DNA of 64,000 nucleotides from an uncultured bacterium (GTDB lineage: Bacteria; UBA8481): assembly GCA_964499705.1 (NCBI GenBank), contig CAZCME010000003.1, forward strand, positions 124,001 through 188,000, given 5' to 3'. A program made the translations under genes and the position numbers. A model generated the notes under the pieces. That model was not told where the DNA came from, searched no databases, and saw only the letters and a list, made by a program, of their open reading frames with translations. This document shows positions 8,945 through 18,998 of the stretch, in pieces. How positions within the stretch are numbered: the stretch's first letter is position 1; each line of letters starts with the position of its first letter.

Positions 8945-10687
8945 ATGATGCCACAGCGCGGAATGCGCGAATCAAGCCGTGCGTTGACTCTCGTGGATAA
9001 ATTCGGCATCGATGAAATCAACCTGAAGGAGCGGCGCGCTTTCATAAGGTTGTCCGATGAGGAAGGGACTCTTCTTTCCTCTCTCTCATCGTGGGCCGAC
9101 CGGACCGCCCCCCGGATCGCGCGGGAATTCTACGACTGGCAGTTCGCATTTCCTCCGACGAGAACCTTCTTCGAGCGGTTCTCGTCGGAACGCAAGATCG
9201 GGCTCGATGCGCTGCGAAGAATGCTGGAGACGTCGCAAGCCGGGTATTTCTCGGGCATTTTCCACGGAGCGCGAGATCACTGGGGCGCGGATTATTTCGA
9301 GCAGCGGCTTCACGTGGGACAGATTCACAACCAGATCAACCTTCCGCTCAAGTGGTATCTCGGGTCGTACGCCGAATATGACAACCTGGTGGAAAAGCAC
9401 CTGGAGCGATCCTTCTGGTGGCGGCCCGGATTCTCGCGGCGCGCCGCGCGCGCGATCCGCCGCGTCATGAATTACGACATGCAATCGGTCTGCGACGCCT
9501 TCTTTCTCGACATGCTGGAGACGCTCGGCTTCGACATCGCGGATGTGGAGACGGAACGCGGCCGCGACCGGACGGAACAGCTGTCGCAGATCAAGGAGTG
9601 CGTCGCGATGATCGGAACCCAGGCTTCCGCCGTCGCCGCGGGTAATCTCCGGCATGAATCGCTCGACACCCGCGTTCCCGGCGCGTTGGGAGCCTCCTTC
9701 CACGCGATCACGCACCTCCTGAAGCAGCTCGCGTCGCGCATCCATTCCATCGAGCAGGGAGATCTCGGGAACCATGCGGAGGCGGGCATTCCGGGAGAAC
9801 TGGGAGAGACGTTCGAAGCGATGCTCGACAACCTGCGGTTGCTCATCAGGCATTCCAAGGATGCGGGCCACCAGACCGCGGCCTCCTCGACGGAACTGCT
9901 GGTGGCATCGGAGCAGTTGTCCCGGGGCGCGCGGGAACAGGCATCGAAGCTTTCGGAAATCACCGCCGCGATGACGGAGATGTCCGCGTCGATCCAGGAA
10001 GTCTCGGAGTCTTCCGCCGCCGCGGCGCGCCTGGCGGCGGAGACGACCGAGGAGGCCACCAAGGGCGGCGGCGTCGTGAAGGAGACGGAAGCCGGGCTCG
10101 CGGAGATTCTTTCCGCCTCGGAGGAATCGGCGACGCGCGTCAGCGCTCTGGCGGATGCGTCGGCGGCGATCGGGAAGATCGTCGACGCGATCCAGGAGAT
10201 TGCGGAGCAGACGAACCTGCTGGCCCTGAATGCGGCGATCGAGGCGGCGCGCGCCGGAGAACAGGGTCGCGGATTCGCGGTCGTCGCGGATGAAGTGCGC
10301 CGGCTGGCGGAACGGAGCGCCCGCAGCGCCGGCGAGATCGCGCTCATCATCGAGAAGATCCGCGCGGAGATGGACTCCACGAGAACCGCGATGACGCGGG
10401 GAGCCACTGCGGCGCGGGAGGGATCGCGGATGTCGCAACGGCTCTCCGAAGTCTTCGCGAGAATCCGCGCGGAGGTTTCCGATACGCACCGTTCCATTTC
10501 CGATATCACGACCGCGATCAATGAGCAGGTCAAGGTGGCGGATTCCGTCGCGGCGTCGGTCGATCTCGTGAACAACGTCGCGCGCCAGACCGAAGGCTCG
10601 TCGATGCAGATCGTGGCGCAGGGCCGGGAGCTCCAGGATGTCGTCCATCGCCTGGAAGATTCCCTGAATCGTTTTCGCACCACATGA
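8945..10687 (+). CDS. Second soluble globin-coupled MCP (protoglobin + 2 HAMP-like + MCP signal)
   Basis: Paralogue of the previous gene; [25 protein letters not shown] hairpin-tip motif. Confidence 0.92.
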   Translation: MMPQRGMRESSRALTLVDKFGIDEINLKERRAFIRLSDEEGTLLSSLSSWADRTAPRIAREFYDWQFAFPPTRTFFERFSSERKIGLDALRRMLETSQAGYFSGIFHGARDHWGADYFEQRLHVGQIHNQINLPLKWYLGSYAEYDNLVEKHLERSFWWRPGFSRRAARAIRRVMNYDMQSVCDAFFLDMLETLGFDIADVETERGRDRTEQLSQIKECVAMIGTQASAVAAGNLRHESLDTRVPGALGASFHAITHLLKQLASRIHSIEQGDLGNHAEAGIPGELGETFEAMLDNLRLLIRHSKDAGHQTAASSTELLVASEQLSRGAREQASKLSEITAAMTEMSASIQEVSESSAAAARLAAETTEEATKGGGVVKETEAGLAEILSASEESATRVSALADASAAIGKIVDAIQEIAEQTNLLALNAAIEAARAGEQGRGFAVVADEVRRLAERSARSAGEIALIIEKIRAEMDSTRTAMTRGATAAREGSRMSQRLSEVFARIRAEVSDTHRSISDITTAINEQVKVADSVAASVDLVNNVARQTEGSSMQIVAQGRELQDVVHRLEDSLNRFRTT

Positions 10688-11184
10688 ACCCGGGGATGCA
10701 GGCGAAGGCCGTGACGGCGTCGTCCGCGGACTCGCCCGACCAGGGGCTCGTCACGTTCGGGCTCGGAGACGCCCTGTATGCCTTTCAGGTCGAATCGGTG
10801 CTCGAAGTGGTCTCGCCGCTCCTGGTGACCGCGCTCTTCTCGCTGCCGGATCACGTTCTGGGAGTCATGAACCTGCGCGGCCGAGTTCTGCCCGTTTCGA
10901 GACTTGCCGCTCTTCTGGGAATGCGGTCACCCCATCGAGAGGAACGTGTCGGTCTGCGCGTCCGATGCCGCGACGAGGAAGCGGTCTTCGCTGTCGATCG
11001 CGTTCATTCCGTTCTCTGGATTTCCTCGGCACGATGGGAGGAAGTTCCGGGCGCCTCGCGGGATAGGGAGCGCGCATTTTTCGCGGGAATCCTTCCGCTG
11101 GAAACGCCGGTTACCCGCATCGCCGTGGAGAAACTCTTCGAACCCGCGCTCTGGGGCGCCGCATCCGGCGCCACGGTTTCCTGA
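10684..11184 (+). CDS. cheW: CheW
   Basis: [39 protein letters not shown]. Confidence 0.88.
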   Translation: MNPGMQAKAVTASSADSPDQGLVTFGLGDALYAFQVESVLEVVSPLLVTALFSLPDHVLGVMNLRGRVLPVSRLAALLGMRSPHREERVGLRVRCRDEEAVFAVDRVHSVLWISSARWEEVPGASRDRERAFFAGILPLETPVTRIAVEKLFEPALWGAASGATVS

Positions 11185-11185
11185 C

Positions 11186-12982
11186 ATGAAGGAAGAACCT
11201 GTTCCTTCGGCTCTGCCTCCTGCCGGCGTGACCAACGCAAGCGTGGCCGCGATGAATCTGCCGCGTCAGGCCGTGCGGGAGGTCATCGAGATCCTGCACG
11301 AGGCCACGGGCATGCACTTTTCCGAAGGGCGCACCGTGCTCGTGGAACGGCGGATCGCGGAGCGGATCGGTGTGCTGAAGCTTTCGGACTGGAGGCAGTA
11401 TCGCCACCTGCTGGTGGAGGATGTCCATGAGCTTTCACGGTTGATCGAAGCCGTGGCCGTCAATGAGACGTATTTTTTCCGTCACCCGGAACAGTTCCGC
11501 TTCTTCCGCCGGGCCGTGCTCCCCCAGCTTCTCTCGAAGTCCGCCACCCGGTCCGGACCGATACCAGGCACGCCTGTCCGCATCTGGTCCGCGGGATGTT
11601 CCAACGGCTGCGAACCGTATTCGATCGCGATCTCCTGCCTCGAAGCGGAGGAGAGCATCGGACCATTCGCGTGGGAAGTGATCGCCTCGGACATCGACTC
11701 GATCGCGATCGAGGATGCGCAACGGGCGTGCTTCACGGAGCGGGAAGTGTCGCTCGAGCTGACCGAGGAACAGCGCCGCCGCCACTTCGAGAGGAAGCCC
11801 TGCGGACGATGGATGGTTTCGGCGCGGGTGCGCGAGCATGTCCGGTTCCTCCGGTTGAATCTTTTCAAGGATGTGCTGCCGTCCGGGTGCGATGTCATCT
11901 TCTGCAGAAATGTCCTGTACTACTTCTCGCCCACGGCCCAGGTCGACGTCCTGAAGAAATTCTGGAAATCGCTCCGGACGGACGGATTCCTCTTCATCGG
12001 ATCGAGCGAGCCCTATAACCGGCTCGAAAGCTACTTCCGCGTGGTCGGCATCGATGAGCGCGTGCTGCAGGCGTGGAAAACGGACCGGCGCATTCCTGAT
12101 CGCCGGAGCGGCATGACCTTCGCGGATATTGCCGCGCCGGGATCGACAACGCCGGAGGATTCCACATTTGTCGAGCGCCGCGTCGAGAGGCCGGAATCGC
12201 CCGGAGGCGTCATCGTCGGGCAGGGGGAGCGCTTGATGCTGACCGGCGTGATCTCTTCGGCCGGAGACTTCCAGTCCTTTCAACGAGCCCTGACTTTTGA
12301 GATGAGCAATCTCGAGAAAAAAGCGTGGATCGATGGCCGGGAGCTTTCGTGGATCTCCAATGACGCGCTCCACGACCTCCGCATCGTGCTGGAGGAAGCG
12401 GTGCGTCGGCGGCGCGTGCGCATTCAGGGAGCGATCTTTGCCACGGAAAGCGTGGCGTCCTGGTTCGCGCAGGCCGGTTTCGGTTCGCTCGTGGGAAGGC
12501 TGGATGTCGAAGGCGCGGAGCGAAAGGAGTTTTCCCTTGCGCAACCCGTTCCGCGTGCGCCGGAGGTCGAGCGGCTGGGCCCGGCACGGACTGTTGCCGC
12601 TTCACAAGTGGTCGGCACGGATATGCCACCGCGCAAGGATCGTCATTTCCACGATGTGTCCGCCGCCGGCGAAGCCCGGATCGTCGCCTTTCCGGAGATT
12701 GCCGACAAATCCTGCCTGGAGGAACTGCGCCGCGCCCTGGCGAACGCGCTCTCCGGAGGACTTGCCTTCAGCATGTCCGGAGCGGATCCCACGGAGGTGA
12801 TCCTGGAACTGTCGCGCTGTCGGCTCATCGAGGATAGCGTCGCCATCGTCGTCGACCGCGCGGCGAGGTCACGCAGGGACGGGCAGCGGATCGTGCTTCG
12901 CGGCGCGTCTCCGGCCGTGGCGCGATTGCTGACGCGATTCCTTCCCCGCGATTCCGACATCGTCTGGCACGGCAACCGATGA
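11186..12982 (+). CDS. cheR: CheR methyltransferase with long C-terminal extension (two STAS-like domains)
   Basis: NETYFFRHPEQF, IWSAGCSNGCEPYSIA, ASDID, DVIFCRNVLYYF; about 290 extra C-terminal residues. Confidence 0.9.
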   Translation: MKEEPVPSALPPAGVTNASVAAMNLPRQAVREVIEILHEATGMHFSEGRTVLVERRIAERIGVLKLSDWRQYRHLLVEDVHELSRLIEAVAVNETYFFRHPEQFRFFRRAVLPQLLSKSATRSGPIPGTPVRIWSAGCSNGCEPYSIAISCLEAEESIGPFAWEVIASDIDSIAIEDAQRACFTEREVSLELTEEQRRRHFERKPCGRWMVSARVREHVRFLRLNLFKDVLPSGCDVIFCRNVLYYFSPTAQVDVLKKFWKSLRTDGFLFIGSSEPYNRLESYFRVVGIDERVLQAWKTDRRIPDRRSGMTFADIAAPGSTTPEDSTFVERRVERPESPGGVIVGQGERLMLTGVISSAGDFQSFQRALTFEMSNLEKKAWIDGRELSWISNDALHDLRIVLEEAVRRRRVRIQGAIFATESVASWFAQAGFGSLVGRLDVEGAERKEFSLAQPVPRAPEVERLGPARTVAASQVVGTDMPPRKDRHFHDVSAAGEARIVAFPEIADKSCLEELRRALANALSGGLAFSMSGADPTEVILELSRCRLIEDSVAIVVDRAARSRRDGQRIVLRGASPAVARLLTRFLPRDSDIVWHGNR

Positions 12983-15444
12983 TCGCGGACAGTCGCGCGC
13001 GGCATCTCATCGATCGTGCGATGGAGGCTCTCACCGCAGGTCGTCCCGGGGAGATCATAGGGGCCATGGACGAACTGGCGCATCTGGGAGGATCATGGAT
13101 CGGATACTGCGCCGCCTGTTCGAAGCTGGTACGCGAGTGGGAACGCGAAGGCGCGGCGATGACCGCGGACCTGATCCGGGGAGCACTGGAAGAGGCGAGT
13201 GAGGGCGGCCTGGAGAATCCCCAGTTCGACGATTGTATCCTGAAGGCGATCACGGAAAGGCTCGAGCTGTTTCTGCCGGAGGACCCGGGAATCGCCGGTG
13301 CCGGAGAATCCGAAATCGTTTTCGATTACGCGGACCAGGACGGCGCGAATCTCGATCTCTTCGTCGAGGAATCGAAGGAGCAGCTCGAAAAGATCGAGGA
13401 AGGAATTCTTTCGCTGAGCCAGGATCCGGGCGCGGTCGACAAGCTTTTTCGCGCGATGCATACGCTGAAAGGTTCCAGCGGCATGCTCGGCGCCCGTGCC
13501 ATCAACCGGCTGGCGCATGCCGCCGAAGAGGTATTGAGCGGCGTTCGTGACGGCGCGGTCGCACCGACGCTCCGGCTTGAGAAAGCGCTCCTCGCGGCCA
13601 AGGATCTCCTGGCCGATGGCGTGGCGCGCATCGAGGAACGCCTCGATCCGGAAATCGATGTCGAGTCCGCGATCGACGCCCTGCGCTCGCGTGACGGCGC
13701 GGGTGCGGATGTCCCGGCTTCGGCGAAGGAATCACCCGCGGCTCGCCGCGCGGATGAGCCGCCGCAGGGAGAGGCGAAGACACGCGTGTCGAAAGCCGCG
13801 AGCTCGATTCGCGTCGATGCGCGAAAGCTCGATGAGCTCTTCGAACGGATGGGCGAGGCCGTCATTTCCCGCATACGGATCGATGAGCGGATGCGGCGCG
13901 TCGACAGGATCCTGACGCGGCCTCGCGGGGAGAGGACTTGGAGCGAAGTGGAGGAACTCTTCGCCGGGCTGCGGCAGTCGATCGAGGAAGGAGACCGCGT
14001 TCAATCCGCGGTCCAGGAACGCGTTATGGTTCTCCGGCTGGCGCCGCTGGAAACCGTCTTCCGGCGGTTTCCCCGGACGATACGCGAAACCGCCGCGTCG
14101 CTCGGGAAGGAGATAGATTACGTGATCTCCGGCGGCGATGTCGAACTGGACAAGAGCATCTGCGAAGCCATCGCCGATCCCCTGATTCACATGATCCGTA
14201 ACGCCATCGATCACGGAATCGAGAGCCCGGAGGAACGGATCGACCGGGGGAAGCCGCCCGCTGGCACGCTGAAACTTTCGGCTTCCTACCAGGGAGATCG
14301 CGTGCTCATCGAGATGGCGGATGACGGGCGCGGCATCGACGCGGACCGGATCGCCGCGAAGGCGCTCGAAAAGAAGATCGTCAGCGAGGAGGAACTTGCG
14401 AGGATGGACGAGCGGAGCCGGCTGCTCCTGATTTTCCGCGCGGGATTCTCGACGGCCGAACAGGTCACTGCGCTCTCGGGCCGCGGCGTCGGCATGGACG
14501 TGGTCCGGGAAACGATCGAGCGGTTGAAGGGTTCGGTCAATATCGAGTCCGCTCCCGGGGAAGGAACGCGCGTCACGTTGTCGCTTCCCCTGACGCTCGC
14601 GCTCGTCAACCTTCTCCTCGTGCGTTGCGGCGATACCGTCCTCGCTTTTCCGCTTCATGTCGTGAGGGAGACGCTGAAAGTGTCGCGCGAGGAAATACGC
14701 AGGGCGGGCGACCAGGCCGTGATCCGTGTCAGAAACGCTTTCATTCCGCTGATTCCTCTCGCGGAAATACTCGGCCTTCCGTCTGATTCCTCCTCCTCGC
14801 ACCATCATCTCGTGGTAGTGGAAGTGATGGGGCAGACCGCGGCCATCAGCGTGACGCGCCTCATGGAAAGATGCGAGGCGGTCCTGAAGCCTCTCGGAGG
14901 ACTTCTCTCCAGCGCTCCCTTCGTCTCCGGTACGACGATTCTCGGCGACGGTCGCGTTGTGCCGGTCCTGGATCCGGTGCCGCTCCTGGCCGCGGCCAGG
15001 GAATGCGCTGCGTCCGAAGCGGAGCCGGTCGGCGCCGGAAAAAAAGGCAGCGCCGGAAAAATACTCGTCGCGGAGGATTCTCCGCTGATGGCCCGCCGGA
15101 TCACGGCGATCCTGTCGCGGGCGGGATTCGTCGTGACGCACGCTGCCGACGGCGAACAGGCGTTCGAGGCGGCGCGCACCGGTTCCTTTGATCTCGTTGC
15201 GACCGATATCGAGATGCCCGGCTGCGACGGCTATGAATTCTGCCGGCGACTCAGGAAGGACGACGCGTTCAAGTTTCTTCCCGTGATCGCCGTGACGACG
15301 CACACGGACAAGGTCGATCGCATCAAGGGCTTCGAGGCGGGATTCGATGAGTATCTGGCCAAGCCCGTTGACGAAGCGATTCTCCTGGGAACGATCGATC
15401 GCCTTCTTGCGCGGCGTCCGCACGAACCGATCGGCTCCCGATAA
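12979..15444 (+). CDS. cheA: Hybrid CheA (Hpt-dimerisation-HATPase-CheW-REC)
   Basis: FRAMHTLKGSS, HMIRNAIDHGIE, GFSTAEQVTALSGRGVGMDVV, C-terminal REC (AEDS...TDIEMP). Confidence 0.95.
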   Translation: MIADSRARHLIDRAMEALTAGRPGEIIGAMDELAHLGGSWIGYCAACSKLVREWEREGAAMTADLIRGALEEASEGGLENPQFDDCILKAITERLELFLPEDPGIAGAGESEIVFDYADQDGANLDLFVEESKEQLEKIEEGILSLSQDPGAVDKLFRAMHTLKGSSGMLGARAINRLAHAAEEVLSGVRDGAVAPTLRLEKALLAAKDLLADGVARIEERLDPEIDVESAIDALRSRDGAGADVPASAKESPAARRADEPPQGEAKTRVSKAASSIRVDARKLDELFERMGEAVISRIRIDERMRRVDRILTRPRGERTWSEVEELFAGLRQSIEEGDRVQSAVQERVMVLRLAPLETVFRRFPRTIRETAASLGKEIDYVISGGDVELDKSICEAIADPLIHMIRNAIDHGIESPEERIDRGKPPAGTLKLSASYQGDRVLIEMADDGRGIDADRIAAKALEKKIVSEEELARMDERSRLLLIFRAGFSTAEQVTALSGRGVGMDVVRETIERLKGSVNIESAPGEGTRVTLSLPLTLALVNLLLVRCGDTVLAFPLHVVRETLKVSREEIRRAGDQAVIRVRNAFIPLIPLAEILGLPSDSSSSHHHLVVVEVMGQTAAISVTRLMERCEAVLKPLGGLLSSAPFVSGTTILGDGRVVPVLDPVPLLAAARECAASEAEPVGAGKKGSAGKILVAEDSPLMARRITAILSRAGFVVTHAADGEQAFEAARTGSFDLVATDIEMPGCDGYEFCRRLRKDDAFKFLPVIAVTTHTDKVDRIKGFEAGFDEYLAKPVDEAILLGTIDRLLARRPHEPIGSR

Positions 15445-15453
15445 GCCAGATCC

Positions 15454-16470
15454 ATGTCGCGCATTCTTGTCGTCGACGATTCGCTCTACGTCCGCACCGT
15501 ACTCGCCAGAATTCTCTCCGATGCCGGGCACGAAGTCGTCGGACAGGCGGGAACAGGGGAGGAGGCCGTTCGTCAGGCCGCGATTCTCAAGCCCGATCTC
15601 ATCCTGATGGATATCGTCATGGAAGGAATGGACGGCATCGAAGCGACGAGACGGATCATGAGCAAATCTCCGGCGCGCATTCTTGTCCTGTCTTCGCTTT
15701 CGGCCGCGGGGCGACGCGAGACGATCGAGGCGTTGCGCTCGGGTGCCGTGGATTTCCTCCAGAAGCCCGATGCCGCTCACATGCACGATCTCAAGACCAT
15801 GCTCCTGGAGAAGATCAGCGCGACGCTCGCCGCGCATCCCGGCGCAAGGCCACGCAGAGAAAAGGAGAAGACATCGGAGAAGAGCCCGATGCGCGCGAGG
15901 CCGCGCAATCTGCCGGCGACGATTGCGATCGGCGTCTCCACGGGAGGACCCTCGACGCTGTCGCGCCTCTTCGCGGGGATGCCGGAATCATTCCCGGTAC
16001 CGATCGTCGTCGCGCAGCATATGCCTCCGGGATGGACCACGACGCTTGCGGAGCAGCTCTCGGGCGAGTGCGGCATGCCGGTGTCGGAAGCGACTGATGG
16101 CGAGATGATCCGGCCTGGGCATATCTATATTGCGCCCGGAGGGAACAGCTTGAAATTGACGAAGACCGGCCGGGCCCGCGTGACCAGGGAAACGTCGCGC
16201 CGGGGATTTCGCCCGTCCGTCGATCTGCTCTTCCATTCCCTGGCCGTGACGGCCGCGGACCGTTCGCTGGCCATTATCCTGACAGGCATGGGAGACGACG
16301 GCTGCGACGGAGCGGCGGCGGTGCGCGGAGCGGGAGGTACCGTGATCGCGCAGGACGAGGCATCCTGCGTGGTCTTTGGTATGCCTCGCGCCGTCATCGA
16401 GGCCGGTCTTGCATCGTCCGTCCTGTCGATCGACGAGATCTCGGAGTATCTGCGCCGGTTTGCCGACTGA
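15454..16470 (+). CDS. cheB: CheB methylesterase (REC + catalytic domain)
   Basis: GVSTGGP, AQHMPP, TGMGDDG, VFGMP; catalytic triad intact. Confidence 0.95.
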   Translation: MSRILVVDDSLYVRTVLARILSDAGHEVVGQAGTGEEAVRQAAILKPDLILMDIVMEGMDGIEATRRIMSKSPARILVLSSLSAAGRRETIEALRSGAVDFLQKPDAAHMHDLKTMLLEKISATLAAHPGARPRREKEKTSEKSPMRARPRNLPATIAIGVSTGGPSTLSRLFAGMPESFPVPIVVAQHMPPGWTTTLAEQLSGECGMPVSEATDGEMIRPGHIYIAPGGNSLKLTKTGRARVTRETSRRGFRPSVDLLFHSLAVTAADRSLAIILTGMGDDGCDGAAAVRGAGGTVIAQDEASCVVFGMPRAVIEAGLASSVLSIDEISEYLRRFAD

Positions 16471-16509
16471 ACTTTGTTTGCGAGGAGTTCCCCATCCGAT
16501 GGCGAGAAA

Positions 16510-16593
16510 TTAACAGGATGGGCAGGATTTGGTGTTGACGGAATCCGCAATTCTACCGTGAATCTACCCTGCCTATCCTGCCCATCCTGTTAA
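16510..16593. repeat. Intergenic palindromic element, family A copy 2
   Basis: Perfect 19-bp inverted repeat TTAACAGGATGGGCAGGAT / ATCCTGCCCATCCTGTTAA. Confidence 0.88.
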
Positions 16594-16659
16594 ATATTTT
16601 GATGGGGAACTTCCTGGATTTGCCGCAGGTATACCGCTGCCGGCGCAATTGATGATACA

Positions 16660-18032
<1,373 letters not shown>

Positions 18033-18033
<1 letters not shown>

Positions 18034-18133
18034 GGGACATTCTCCAACATTGCAACATTGATAATTCAGGTACTTACGATAATCGATCTGCAAGTCGTGT
18101 GCTCAGAATGTTGCAATGTTGGAGAATGTCCCC
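18033..18133. repeat. Perfect 27-bp inverted repeat with 47-nt spacer (family B)
   Basis: GGGGACATTCTCCAACATTGCAACATT (18033-18059) and its exact reverse complement at 18107-18133. Confidence 0.92.
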
Positions 18134-18371
18134 CATGCGCAGTTTTCTTCGCGGTGCAACAGCTCGATTCGGCGATGCCGATTGGAAATCATGAACTTGC
18201 AATCTGAATGCGGTTCCATTATCCCGGCATGATTTTCGCTCTTCTCCGTGCCGGAGGTGTTACATGCGGAATGATGGTTGTAGTAGCGCGGGTGACGCGG
18301 CGGACGGTCACACGTGGGATTTCCATGAAGGATTCGAAAGCTTGTTCGAGGATACTTCTCATGGCGGCGGT

Positions 18372-18998
18372 ATGAAGGCATCCATTCCCATACTCCTCGC
18401 GGCGTTTGTTCCGCTCCTGCTGGCGGCGGCGGGAACAATGATCGAGCACGGTTGGCTGGGGCATGGGCTCTATAAGCTCGGCCTCCTCTTCGTTCCGCTC
18501 CTCTTCGGAATGAGATTCGCCTTTCCTCAGCGGATGAAGAAGGAATCCGCGACCGTTGCCCTGAGCACGGGCCTGCTGCTCGGTCTTGCCGCTTGGTTGC
18601 TGATCGAGCTTATCCTGCCTCGCGTCGCGGATCCGCGAACTATTCGAGCCGCGTTTGACGCGCGCTACCACTACACACCCTCATCGGCCATCGCGGCTGC
18701 GTGTCTCATTGCAACGGCGAACGCCGTCCTGGAGGAATGGTTCTACCGGGGATTTCTCGATGACGCCGGCGGAAAAATACTTTCGCTCTTCTGCTTTTCG
18801 CTCCAACATTTCATCGTCTTTCGCGGACTCGCGGGAACGGGTCCGGCGTTCATCGCGGCGCTGGCCGTTGTTCCGGCGGGATGGATCTGGTCGCGCATCA
18901 GAACCCGGCATGGCCTGGCCGCGGCGAGTCTCAGCCACATCGTCACCGATGCCGTGCTCCTTGTCGGCGGGCTCCGGCTTCTCGGATACGTGTCATGA
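18372..18998 (+). CDS. CPBP (CAAX/Abi) intramembrane glutamic endopeptidase
   Basis: LEEWFYRG, FSLQH, SHIVTD motifs; multi-TM. Confidence 0.85.
   Translation: MKASIPILLAAFVPLLLAAAGTMIEHGWLGHGLYKLGLLFVPLLFGMRFAFPQRMKKESATVALSTGLLLGLAAWLLIELILPRVADPRTIRAAFDARYHYTPSSAIAAACLIATANAVLEEWFYRGFLDDAGGKILSLFCFSLQHFIVFRGLAGTGPAFIAALAVVPAGWIWSRIRTRHGLAAASLSHIVTDAVLLVGGLRLLGYVS

Noticed and set aside
11742-11752. GGAAGTGTCGC match to the intragenic element inside cheR
   Set aside because: Only 11 nt with no flanking similarity or hairpin; likely chance.
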